Shown here: positions 9,003-17,350 of the stretch, one piece after another
Layout of the letters: the number at the start of each line of letters is the position of its first letter
How positions within the stretch are numbered: position 1 is the first letter of the stretch
NCBI GenBank assembly: GCA_031119515.1
Contig: JAVHXR010000001.1
Span: forward strand, 1 to 34,596
Origin: Propionicimonas sp.
GTDB lineage: Bacteria > Actinomycetota > Actinomycetes > Propionibacteriales > Propionibacteriaceae
Length of the DNA stretch: 34,596 bases
Direction: 5' to 3'
Translations under genes and position numbers: made by a program
The notes under the pieces: model-generated
Seen by the model: the letters and a program-made list of their open reading frames with translations, nothing else
What the model was told of the DNA's origin: nothing
Database searches by the model: none

Positions 9003-9794
9003 GTGGCAGTTCCCGGGTACGGGGCCTACATCTTCGACCTCGACGGCACGCTCTACCTCGGCGATGCGCTGCTGCCCGGTGCCCGCGACCTGGTCGAGAC
9101 CCTCCGCGAGCGTGGCGTCCCGCTGCGGTTCCTGTCCAACAACCCGACCCTCGGCATCGCCGACCACCGGGCGAAACTGGCAGGGCTCGGGCTACCGGTC
9201 GAGGCGGACGAACTCGTCACCAGCCTGGTGTCCACCACCCGCTGGCTGACCGGGAACCGTCCGGACGCGGTCATCTACCCGATCGGCGAACAGCCATTGC
9301 TCGACGCCCTGGACGAGGCAGGGCTGCGGACCAGCGAGGACCCCGCACAGGTCGACATCGTGCTGGCGAGCTACGACCGTGGATTCACCTACCGCAAGCT
9401 GCAGGTGGCCTTCGACGCGCTCTGGTTCCACCGCCGGGCGGTCCTGATGTCGACCAACCCCGACCGGTTCTGTCCGTTCCCGGACGGGCGCGGGGAGCCG
9501 GACGCCGCCAGCATCGTCGCCGCCATCGAGGCCGCCACCCAGGTCCGGCTGGAACGCACCTTCGGCAAGCCCTCCGCCCTGATGGCGGAGATCGCGATGG
9601 CGGGGCTCGGGGTACCGGCAGCGGACGTCCTCATGGTCGGGGACCGGCTGCATACCGACATCGCGATGGCCCGCCGGGCAGGGATGGCGGCAGCGCTGGT
9701 CCTGAGTGGCGACTCCGGCCGGGCGGACATCGCCGGGGTGCCTGCTGCCGAGCGTCCCACCCTCGTGGTGGAGGACCTGCGGGAGTTGCTCTAG
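9003..9794 (+). CDS. HAD-IIA (NagD-like) phosphatase
   Basis: FDLDGTLY, FLSNN, TNPD, GKP, MVGDRLHTDI; GAGGAG RBS before GTG9003. Confidence 0.92.
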   Translation: MAVPGYGAYIFDLDGTLYLGDALLPGARDLVETLRERGVPLRFLSNNPTLGIADHRAKLAGLGLPVEADELVTSLVSTTRWLTGNRPDAVIYPIGEQPLLDALDEAGLRTSEDPAQVDIVLASYDRGFTYRKLQVAFDALWFHRRAVLMSTNPDRFCPFPDGRGEPDAASIVAAIEAATQVRLERTFGKPSALMAEIAMAGLGVPAADVLMVGDRLHTDIAMARRAGMAAALVLSGDSGRADIAGVPAAERPTLVVEDLRELL

Positions 9795-9833
9795 CCGACC
9801 CGCGACCTGCGCGCGACTCGCGCGGCGGGGCCC

Positions 9834-11336
9834 CTACCAGTGCCACCGGGCGAAGGTGAGGAACCCGGCGTCGTCGGCCGGCAGGTGGGGAAGGGAGCCG
9901 CAGCGCGCGAACAGTCGCAACGAGGCGGTGTTGGAGCGGTGCACGGTCGCGAGCAGGTGGGTGGGCCCGGGCTCGGGCAGCGCCCGTTCGGCGGTCGACA
10001 GCACCGCGGCCGCCAGGCCACGACCGCGGGCCTGCGGAGCGAGCGTGATGGACACCTCCCAGTCCCGGGCGTCGATCCGATCCCAGCGGACGCTTGCGAT
10101 CGGCCCGGCCGCGTCCTCGAGGACGAACAGGTGGCGGTCCGGGTCGGCAAGCACCCGGCCGAGCCAGTCGACGTGACCGGCCCATCCGATCGGGTCGGTC
10201 GAGCGGGAACTGGCCCGGGTCACGGGGTCGTTGCGCCACTCCAGCAGGACGGCGGCGTCCTCGCTGTCGGCGGGACGGGCGGCCAGGTCGGGAGCCGGCC
10301 GGCCGGAGCCCTCTCCGGCGGCCAGCAACTGTTCCCACGCCCCGACGATCCGCCAGGTGCCCAGGCCGTCGATCAGGGCGCGTCCGGCCGAGACCGACCG
10401 GCCCAGCGCGCCCGGCTCCACGATCGTCCGGCCCAGTTCGGCGATCCGCTCGTCCAGGTCGGCGTGCGGGGGGAGGCCCAGCCCGTGGGCGATGCCGGCT
10501 GCGGTGGCGGCGAGGTAGCCGGCCCGCTGGTTCTCGGTCACCGCGAGGATCGCCAGCGGGACGCCCTGGTGGGCGAAGTCCCACACCGAGGTTCCGGCGG
10601 CGCTGACCACCAGGTCGTGGTGGGCGGCCAGCCCTGGCAGGTCGTCGGCAAGCGGTATCAGTTCGATGCGGCGGGGGGAGCCGGCGGCCAGGGCCTCCAG
10701 CCCGGGGCGCTGCGCCGGCGGCGCCACCACGGTCAACCGAAGATCGGCATCGAGGTGCCCGAGGGCGGCGACGACGCGGGTGGTCAATCCGTGCGGGTCG
10801 GTGCCGCCGAGGACGACCAGCACGCTGGCGACCCCGGCCGGCGAGCGATCGCCGGCCCGCCGCCGGACCTCGCTGCGCACGATCGCCGCCTCCCGGCCGA
10901 GCAGGTGGTGCCGGCCAAGGCCGGGACGGGCGAGCCGTTCCTCGGCCCCGAGGTTGGGGTCGACGAGCAGGTCGGCCACCCGCTCCCCGAACGGCGCGTC
11001 CTGCACGTTGCTGACCAGGTGCGCGGCGGCCGGCACTGCGTCGGCGGGCAGCCAGTAGCTGTCGAGGTGGAGTACGTCGGGCCGCCAGTCGGCGACCAGC
11101 CCGGCGAGGGTGCCGGCGACCCGGTCCAGCGGAACGCCGGTGACCGTGGCGGCGGGAAGCGATCGCCGCACCCGGGTGAGCGCGGCGGCGTCCAGGTCAC
11201 CGAGGATCCGTGCCTCCCAGCCCCGCGCGAGGGCCTCCTCGAGCACGGCGAGGGTACGCATCAGGTGGCCGAGGCCGAAGTCGTGCCCGGCGTTGCAGTG
11301 GGCGAGGACGCGCCGCGCGGCCGGTGCGCCCGTCAT
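9834..11336 (-). CDS. pseG: PseG-like UDP-sugar hydrolase fused to a C-terminal PseH-like GNAT N-acyltransferase
   Basis: GLGHLMRT, LVVLGGTD, DLVVSAAGTSVWD, ENQ, DGLG (PseG/SpsG), then LLEWRNDP..R, RGRGLA, N.ASLRLF (GNAT); ATGA overlap with pseF. Confidence 0.85.
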   Translation of the reverse strand: MTGAPAARRVLAHCNAGHDFGLGHLMRTLAVLEEALARGWEARILGDLDAAALTRVRRSLPAATVTGVPLDRVAGTLAGLVADWRPDVLHLDSYWLPADAVPAAAHLVSNVQDAPFGERVADLLVDPNLGAEERLARPGLGRHHLLGREAAIVRSEVRRRAGDRSPAGVASVLVVLGGTDPHGLTTRVVAALGHLDADLRLTVVAPPAQRPGLEALAAGSPRRIELIPLADDLPGLAAHHDLVVSAAGTSVWDFAHQGVPLAILAVTENQRAGYLAATAAGIAHGLGLPPHADLDERIAELGRTIVEPGALGRSVSAGRALIDGLGTWRIVGAWEQLLAAGEGSGRPAPDLAARPADSEDAAVLLEWRNDPVTRASSRSTDPIGWAGHVDWLGRVLADPDRHLFVLEDAAGPIASVRWDRIDARDWEVSITLAPQARGRGLAAAVLSTAERALPEPGPTHLLATVHRSNTASLRLFARCGSLPHLPADDAGFLTFARWHW

Positions 11337-12025
11337 GCGCCGGCCTGTTGCAGCGCCGCGTACAGGTACTCGGCTCGCACCCAGTCCTCGGGGGTGTCGA
11401 TGTCCTGCACCCGGTGGGCCGGGAGCACCACCGGCACCGACAGCGGCGAATGGATCGGCGCTGCGGACTCCCACGCCTCGGCGGTCCCCCAGTAGAACTG
11501 GCCGGCATCGTGGTAGGCGGGCTCGAGGTCCTGGGAGCGGACCAGCCTGTGCTCCGGCCAGATCGGCTCCACCGCGCCGTCCGGCCGGATCCTGAGCGCC
11601 CGCTGGATCGGTGACGGGAACGCCGCGACGCTGAACGCATACGACTTCCCGCTCCCGGTCAGCGCATCCAGGCCTGCCCGCAGCACGTCCGGGGTGAGGA
11701 ACGGTGCGGTGGCGTAGATGCAGCAGACGTGGGAGAACGGCCCGTCGGCGGCGAGCGCCCGTACCGCGTGCTGGATCACCTCGGTGGTGCCGGTGTGGTC
11801 GTCGGCGAGCGTGGCCGGACGCAGGAAAGGGATCTCGGCGCCGTGTTGCCGGGCGACGTCCGCCACCTCGGCATCGTCGGTGGACACCACCACCCGGTCG
11901 AAACAGTCGGCAGCGAGCGCGGCGGCGATCGAGTGGGCGATCATCGGTCGGCCGGCGAACGGGCGGATGTTCTTGCGGGGGATCCGTTTCGAGCCGCCGC
12001 GGGCCGGGATGACAGCGATGCGCAT
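11333..12025 (-). CDS. pseF: Pseudaminic acid cytidylyltransferase
   Basis: MRIAVIPARGGSKRIPRKN, CCIYATAPF, RSQDLEPAYHDAGQFYWG, VQDIDTPEDW. Confidence 0.95.
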   Translation of the reverse strand: MRIAVIPARGGSKRIPRKNIRPFAGRPMIAHSIAAALAADCFDRVVVSTDDAEVADVARQHGAEIPFLRPATLADDHTGTTEVIQHAVRALAADGPFSHVCCIYATAPFLTPDVLRAGLDALTGSGKSYAFSVAAFPSPIQRALRIRPDGAVEPIWPEHRLVRSQDLEPAYHDAGQFYWGTAEAWESAAPIHSPLSVPVVLPAHRVQDIDTPEDWVRAEYLYAALQQAGA

Positions 12026-12211
12026 GCGCTCATGATCACAGGTCGGCGCGTCGGCTGCCACGAGTCGCCCGACCGTGGCCCCTGCCCTCTTCGACGGCGG
12101 GGCAGCGTCCGGCGCCGGGGCGTTGTAGCCTTCCCGCGGGGGGTCCACAAGCGGGACACAGGAACCGTCCCGTCGTCCCGGGGCCGCGCTCGAACGTCCC
12201 GAGGAGCCAGT

Positions 12212-13219
12212 GTGAGGTCGCACCGCCGCGCCGCGCCCGCTCCCACCGGCCTGCCCGCGGACGTCCCGGGCGCCTTCCGCACCGGACCGCTCGCGTCTCT
12301 CGCGGGGCAGGTCGAGGCCGGACTGGTCGCCCGCCTCGCCACCCGCTCCGGCGACGTCACGCTGCTCGACACCGACGCCGCGCCTGGGGACTGGCGGCGG
12401 CGCGTCCGCCCCGCTCTGCAGCGACTGGGACCGGACGCCCGGCTGGTCTTCAACGCCCTGTCGAAGGACTATCTCGACCTGACGGAGCCCGGCCCCGCCG
12501 GGCGGCGCGGACGCGCCGCGCTCGGGGTCGCGGAACTGGCCAGGTTCGCCACCGCCGCGCAGACCACGGTGGAGGCTGTGGTGCCCTACGGCGCCCTGCT
12601 CGGCCACCCGTTCGGCGGACGTTCGCTGCTGGCCCCGCTGGACCGCACCCACCGGTGGCGCCGCGGGGTGTCCTGGCTGGCACGCGACGACGGGCGCGCC
12701 GACCTGGCCGCCTTCCTCGAGCAGCGGGTGGTTCAAGCCCTGCCCCCCGGCGTGGCGCCGTATGTGATGGTGGTGCTCGCCCGGCACGCCGATCCCGCCG
12801 GCAACGCGGGGTTCGCGGAGCGCCACCGCCTGGCGCTGTCCGGGTCTGGCGCCGCGGACCTGGTGGAACTCGTCCGGGCGCAGGTGGGCCCGGCCGGGAG
12901 CCTGGAGGGCGACCTCGACCGGCTGCTCACCCCGCTGAAGGCGCGGGTGTTCGCCTTCGAACTGCTCGACCAGCTCAGCTCGCGCTGGCCGGCGTTCGAT
13001 CCGGACGGACTGTTGACGCCCGCCCGGTCCGGTGAGTTCGCGCGCTGGCGGCGGGCGAAAGCCGCCGACGGCGAGGCCACCCGCCTGGCCCGGGAGTGGT
13101 CGGACGGCTGCCGCGAGCGCGTCCTGCACGCCACCGACCTGACGCTGTCGCTGGACTACGGGCTCGTCCGCGCCATCCTCGAGCAGTACTACGACCTCTA
13201 CGAGGAGCGGCTGGGATGA
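12212..13219 (+). CDS. Hypothetical protein, possibly a class I methyltransferase-like fold lacking the SAM-binding motif
   Basis: GAGGAG RBS 5 nt before GTG12212; DW...L..LGPDARLVFN segment resembles the methyltransferase motif II/III region; ATGA coupling to the next gene. Confidence 0.6.
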   Translation: MRSHRRAAPAPTGLPADVPGAFRTGPLASLAGQVEAGLVARLATRSGDVTLLDTDAAPGDWRRRVRPALQRLGPDARLVFNALSKDYLDLTEPGPAGRRGRAALGVAELARFATAAQTTVEAVVPYGALLGHPFGGRSLLAPLDRTHRWRRGVSWLARDDGRADLAAFLEQRVVQALPPGVAPYVMVVLARHADPAGNAGFAERHRLALSGSGAADLVELVRAQVGPAGSLEGDLDRLLTPLKARVFAFELLDQLSSRWPAFDPDGLLTPARSGEFARWRRAKAADGEATRLAREWSDGCRERVLHATDLTLSLDYGLVRAILEQYYDLYEERLG

Positions 13220-14571
13220 AGCCCATCGCCGTCCTCGTCAGCCTCTGGGCGCACCACTTCGGTGCGCTGGAGGTGTTCCTGGAGTCTCGCGGCCCCGTCG
13301 TCCTGCTCGTCCCCGGGAGCGCGGCCAGCCCTGAGCTGCTGGAGCTCGCCGCCCGGCACGGCTGCGAGGTGGTTGCCACCCGCAGCCTGCTGCCGCCGCG
13401 GTACAGCCCGGCCAAGCGACTCCTGCCCGCGGCGGAGGCGCTGCGCGGGCACCTGGCCGGATGGGAGCCGGAGGGGGTCGATCCAGTCGGGCGCGAGCTG
13501 CTGCGGCGCCTGGTGGCCGAGCGGATGGACGCCGAACTCCCGGCGGCGGTGATGGTGCTGCAGTCGCTGGCGGCGGCACGGGCGTGCTACGACATCCGGC
13601 TCTACGCCACGACCGAGGACATCACCGCGCGCGGCCGCCTGGTCGCGGGATGGGCGGCGTCCCACAAGATCCCGAGTCTCCACCTCGCCCACTCGATCGC
13701 GCTGGCCGACCCCTACACCGTCCACGCGCGGCTGGGTGCCGACAAGCTCGCCGTGTACGGTGCGCGGGGAGCCGAGGGCTACCTCGACCTGGGCGTCGCC
13801 CCGGACCGGATCGTGGTCACCGGCAACCCCGCGTGGGACGGCTACGCAGCGCTGGCCGGCCGCCGCCCCCAGCTCAGGGCTGAGCTCGACCAGGAGTACG
13901 GCCTCGACCCGACGCTGCCACTGGTCGTCTTCGGCACCACCTGGATGGGTCACATGACGGGGCTCGAACCGCCGGGGGACACGAACGCGGCGTCGCTGCG
14001 CGCCTTCCTCGCGGCCTGCGAGGAACTCGGCCGCTCCGGGGTACGGGTGAACGCGGTCATCAAGGACCGCCCGGCGAACACCAGTCGCGGGGAGGCGACC
14101 CTCACCGAGCTGCTGGCCGAGGGTGAGCCGAAGCTGCAGCGCTACGTCCGCTGTACTGCCCACACCCGCGAGTTCGCGGTCGCCGCGGACGTCATGGTGG
14201 GGGTCGACTCCAACTACCTGGTGGAGGCGATGCTCGTCGGCACGCCGGTGGTGAACCTGGTGGCGGAGGGGCTGGCGATCCTGGGGCCGACCTTCGACGA
14301 GGAGTCGGGCGTGGTGGAGGCCGAGCCGGCCGAGCTGGCCGGAAGCATCCGCCGGCTCCTGGAGGATCCCGGCTTCCGCGCCGCCCGGCTCGCGCAGGCC
14401 GCTGCCCGGATCGGCTACTACAACCGCGGCGGGTTGGATGGTCAGTCTGCCCGGCGGGTGGGCGAGGTCATGGCGGCGATGGCAGTGCCACCGCCGGAGT
14501 CGCCCTCGGCCGGGCCGGTGCGTCGCATCCGGACCCTGTGGGGGGCCGTTCTGGCGCGCGTCGCCCGGTGA
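13216..14571 (+). CDS. GT-B fold protein (capsule synthesis KpsS / CDP-glycerol transferase-like); candidate CMP-pseudaminate transferase
   Basis: DRIVVTGNP.WD, VIKDRP, ADVMVGVDSNYLVEAMLVGTPVV, DGQSARRV; lies inside the pse cluster. Confidence 0.7.
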   Translation: MKPIAVLVSLWAHHFGALEVFLESRGPVVLLVPGSAASPELLELAARHGCEVVATRSLLPPRYSPAKRLLPAAEALRGHLAGWEPEGVDPVGRELLRRLVAERMDAELPAAVMVLQSLAAARACYDIRLYATTEDITARGRLVAGWAASHKIPSLHLAHSIALADPYTVHARLGADKLAVYGARGAEGYLDLGVAPDRIVVTGNPAWDGYAALAGRRPQLRAELDQEYGLDPTLPLVVFGTTWMGHMTGLEPPGDTNAASLRAFLAACEELGRSGVRVNAVIKDRPANTSRGEATLTELLAEGEPKLQRYVRCTAHTREFAVAADVMVGVDSNYLVEAMLVGTPVVNLVAEGLAILGPTFDEESGVVEAEPAELAGSIRRLLEDPGFRAARLAQAAARIGYYNRGGLDGQSARRVGEVMAAMAVPPPESPSAGPVRRIRTLWGAVLARVAR

Positions 14572-14583
14572 GGCGACGCGGGC

Positions 14584-15204
14584 TCAGCCCCGCTTCTCGA
14601 GCAGGAACCAGGTGAGGTCGTCCATCGGGAAGACCGGATCGCGCCGGTAGTTGAACCCGTAGTCGACCAGCGCGAGGTCGGGATGCCGCTCCAGCAGGTC
14701 CCCGGCGAAGTCACGCTTGAACAACTTGCCGTCGTGGCCGCGGTAGCCGATCTCCTGCGGGACCGGCGAGTAGTACTCGCACACGACGAGGTACCGGGAA
14801 CTGGCCGCGTACAGCTTGTCGTACACCACCGGGAGGGCGTCGGGGTTGATGTGGATGAGGACGCCCTTGGTCAGGGCGACGTCGTAGCTGCGGTCGGGCT
14901 CGAACTCCAGCAGCGAGGAGTGGTGGAGGTGGACGGCGGGCAGCGCCTCGGCGAGCTGCTGCGCGGCGGCGGCGTTGATCTCGACCGCGGCCAGCTCGCA
15001 GTCCGGGAGGAGTTGCGCGATCGCCCGCAGGTTGTTGCCGATGTTGGCGCCGAACTCGATCAGCGACGAGACTCCACTGGTCCGGGAGAGCACCCGGGAG
15101 AAGAGGTTCAGGTTCCCGCCGACCAGCGCGCTGCCAGTGTTGCGGGCGATGTACTGGTCGCCGAACTCCCCGGCCCAGAACTCTTCCTGCTCTGTCTGGT
15201 ACAC
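14584..15204 (-). CDS. Pseudaminic acid biosynthesis-associated methylase (TIGR03587-like)
   Basis: TEQEEFWAGEFGDQYI.RN, EFGANIG.NL, TKGVLIHINPD, EYYSP, LFKRDFAG, DDLTWFLLEK. Confidence 0.92.
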   Translation of the reverse strand: MYQTEQEEFWAGEFGDQYIARNTGSALVGGNLNLFSRVLSRTSGVSSLIEFGANIGNNLRAIAQLLPDCELAAVEINAAAAQQLAEALPAVHLHHSSLLEFEPDRSYDVALTKGVLIHINPDALPVVYDKLYAASSRYLVVCEYYSPVPQEIGYRGHDGKLFKRDFAGDLLERHPDLALVDYGFNYRRDPVFPMDDLTWFLLEKRG

Positions 15205-15213
15205 GAGGCGAGG

Positions 15214-16338
15214 CTAGCCGAGCACCTTGTCGATCGTGTGGATGATGCGGTCGACATCGGTGTCGGTCAGATCGGGGAACAGCGGCAGCGACAGTTCCTC
15301 GGCGTAGAACGCCTCGGCGTTGGGGCACTCCCCCCGGCGGTGGCCCAGGTCCTGGTAGACCGGGTGCCAGTAGACCGGGATGTAGTTGACCTGGACGCCG
15401 ATACCGGCGGCGCGCATCCGTTCGTACACCTCGCGACGCCGCCCGCCCAGCACCCGCACCGGGTAGAGGTGCCAGGTGGGGTCGGTGTCCGGGCGGCGAC
15501 CGAGCAGCCGTAGCCCGTCCATCCCCGAGAGCGCCGCGTCGTAGCGCGAGACGATCTCCGCGCGCCGCCGCTTGAACTGTTCGAGCCGGGAGAGTTGGGA
15601 GAGGCCGAGCGCGCAGGCGACGTCGGTCAGCCGGTAGTTGAGGCCCAACTCGTGCACCTCCTGGTGCCAGGGGCCCTCGTCGGTGATCCGGAACCGGTCG
15701 GGGTCGCGCACCAGCCCGATGAAGTGGAACTCGTGGGCGCGCCGTCCGAGCGACGGGTCCCGGAACACCGCGGCGCCGCCCTCGCCGGTGGTGATGTTCT
15801 TGGTGGGGAAGAACGACAGCGTGGTGATGTCGGCGAGGTCACCGACCGGTCGGCCGCCGGCGGTTCCGCCGATGGAGTGTGCGGCGTCGGCCAGGGTGAG
15901 CGCCCCCACGCTGTCGGCGATCGGCTGGAGCGCGTCGTAGTCGGCCGGCTGACCCGCGTAGTCGACCGCCGCGACCACCCTGGTGCGCGGCCCGACAGCG
16001 GCGGCGACGGCGGCCGGGTCGAGCAGTGCGGTGTCCTCGGCCACGTCGGCGAAGACCACCTTTGCCCCGAGGATCGACGCTGCGGAGGCCGTCGCCACGA
16101 AGGTCATCGGCGTGCAGACCACCTCGTCGCCCGGCCCGACCCCGGCCGCGGCGTAGCCGATGTGCAGCGCCGCCGTCCCGGAGGTGCAGGTGACCGCGCG
16201 GTGACCCCCGGCGAGCGCACCGAGCCTCGCCTCGAACTCGGCGACCACCGGGCCGGTCGTCAGCCAGTCGCCGCGCAGCACCGCCGCGACCGCCTCGATG
16301 TCGGCCTCCGAGATCGACTGGCGGCCGTACGGCAGCAC
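15214..16338 (-). CDS. pseC: UDP-4-amino-4,6-dideoxy-N-acetyl-beta-L-altrosamine transaminase (DegT/DnrJ family)
   Basis: LPYGRQSI, WLTTGP, DAAHSIG, SFFPTKNITTGEGG, LGLNYRLTD, GVQVNYIPVY. Confidence 0.9.
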   Translation of the reverse strand: MLPYGRQSISEADIEAVAAVLRGDWLTTGPVVAEFEARLGALAGGHRAVTCTSGTAALHIGYAAAGVGPGDEVVCTPMTFVATASAASILGAKVVFADVAEDTALLDPAAVAAAVGPRTRVVAAVDYAGQPADYDALQPIADSVGALTLADAAHSIGGTAGGRPVGDLADITTLSFFPTKNITTGEGGAAVFRDPSLGRRAHEFHFIGLVRDPDRFRITDEGPWHQEVHELGLNYRLTDVACALGLSQLSRLEQFKRRRAEIVSRYDAALSGMDGLRLLGRRPDTDPTWHLYPVRVLGGRRREVYERMRAAGIGVQVNYIPVYWHPVYQDLGHRRGECPNAEAFYAEELSLPLFPDLTDTDVDRIIHTIDKVLG

Positions 16339-16339
16339 C

Positions 16340-17332
16340 TCAGAACTCCTTGCCGGCCAACAACTCGGCGATCTGTGCGGAGGTGTACCACTGGTCGTTG
16401 GTGTTGGACCGGTAGGAGAAGTCGGCCGGGACGGGCGTGGCGGCTTCTGGAGCCCGGTAGCCCCAGCCGGCCAGATCCGGCTGGATCACGAAGTACCGCC
16501 CGCCGCTCAGGGCCAGCGCCCGGCGGCCCTCCTCGGGGCTGATCATCTCCTCGTGCAGCTTCTCCCCCGGGCGCAATCCGACGTCGGTCATGGCCGCCCC
16601 GGGTGCGATCGCCTGTGCCAGGTCGACGACCTTCATCGAGGGGATCCGCGGGACGAACAGTTCACCGCCCTGCATGTGGTCGAAGGCGTCGACCACCATC
16701 CGCACCGCCTGGCCGAGCGAGATGAAGAACCGGGTGCAGCGCAGGTCGGTGATCGGCAGCGGCTGGCCGGCCTCGGCCAGGCGACGGAAGAAGGGGATCA
16801 CCGAGCCGCGGCTGCCCATCACGTTGCCGTAGCGCACCACCGCGAAGCGGGTGGGGTACGCGGCGGCGTAGTGGTTGCCGGAGATAAAGAGCTTGTCCGC
16901 GGTGAGCTTGGTGGCGCCGTACAGGTTGATCGGACTGGACGCCTTGTCGGTGGACAGCGCGACCACCTTCTTCACCCCGGAGTCGATCGCGGCCTCGATC
17001 ACGTTCTGGCTGCCGAGCACGTTCGTCTTGACGAACTCGAACGGGTTGTACTCCGCGGTGTCGACCTGCTTCAGCGCGGCGGCATGGACGACGTAGTCGA
17101 CGCCGTGCATGGCGCGAAGCAGGCGGCTCTGGTCGCGGATGTCGCCGATGAACCAGCGCAGCCGGGGGTCGTCCCCGAAGAGCTGGCGGGCCTCGTACTG
17201 CTTCAGCTCGTCCCGCGAGAACACCACCAGGCGGGTGGGGTCCAGGTTGTCCAGGGCGTACCGGATGAACGACTTGCCGAAGGAACCCGTGCCGCCGGTG
17301 ATGAGCAGGCTCGAGCGTTGGAGCAGAGGCAT
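16340..17332 (-). CDS. pseB: UDP-N-acetylglucosamine 4,6-dehydratase (inverting)
   Basis: ITGGTGSFG, SRDELKQ, HAAALKQV, LSTDKA.SPINLYGATK, RYGNVMGSRGSVIP, GLRPGEKLHE. Confidence 0.96.
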   Translation of the reverse strand: MPLLQRSSLLITGGTGSFGKSFIRYALDNLDPTRLVVFSRDELKQYEARQLFGDDPRLRWFIGDIRDQSRLLRAMHGVDYVVHAAALKQVDTAEYNPFEFVKTNVLGSQNVIEAAIDSGVKKVVALSTDKASSPINLYGATKLTADKLFISGNHYAAAYPTRFAVVRYGNVMGSRGSVIPFFRRLAEAGQPLPITDLRCTRFFISLGQAVRMVVDAFDHMQGGELFVPRIPSMKVVDLAQAIAPGAAMTDVGLRPGEKLHEEMISPEEGRRALALSGGRYFVIQPDLAGWGYRAPEAATPVPADFSYRSNTNDQWYTSAQIAELLAGKEF

Positions 17333-17350
17333 GGGGCTTACTCTAGGCGA
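17333..17350. promoter_or_regulatory. Bidirectional promoter with overlapping -10 hexamers serving leaderless pseB and pseI
   Basis: 18-bp gap GGGGCTTACTCTAGGCGA; TACTCT on + is 6 nt before GTG17351, TAGAGT on - is 7 nt before ATG17332. Confidence 0.7.

Noticed and set aside
12026-13129. 598-aa PseF with an N-terminal extension
   Set aside because: The extension is antisense to the 12212 gene; homology starts at MRIAVIPARGG (12025)
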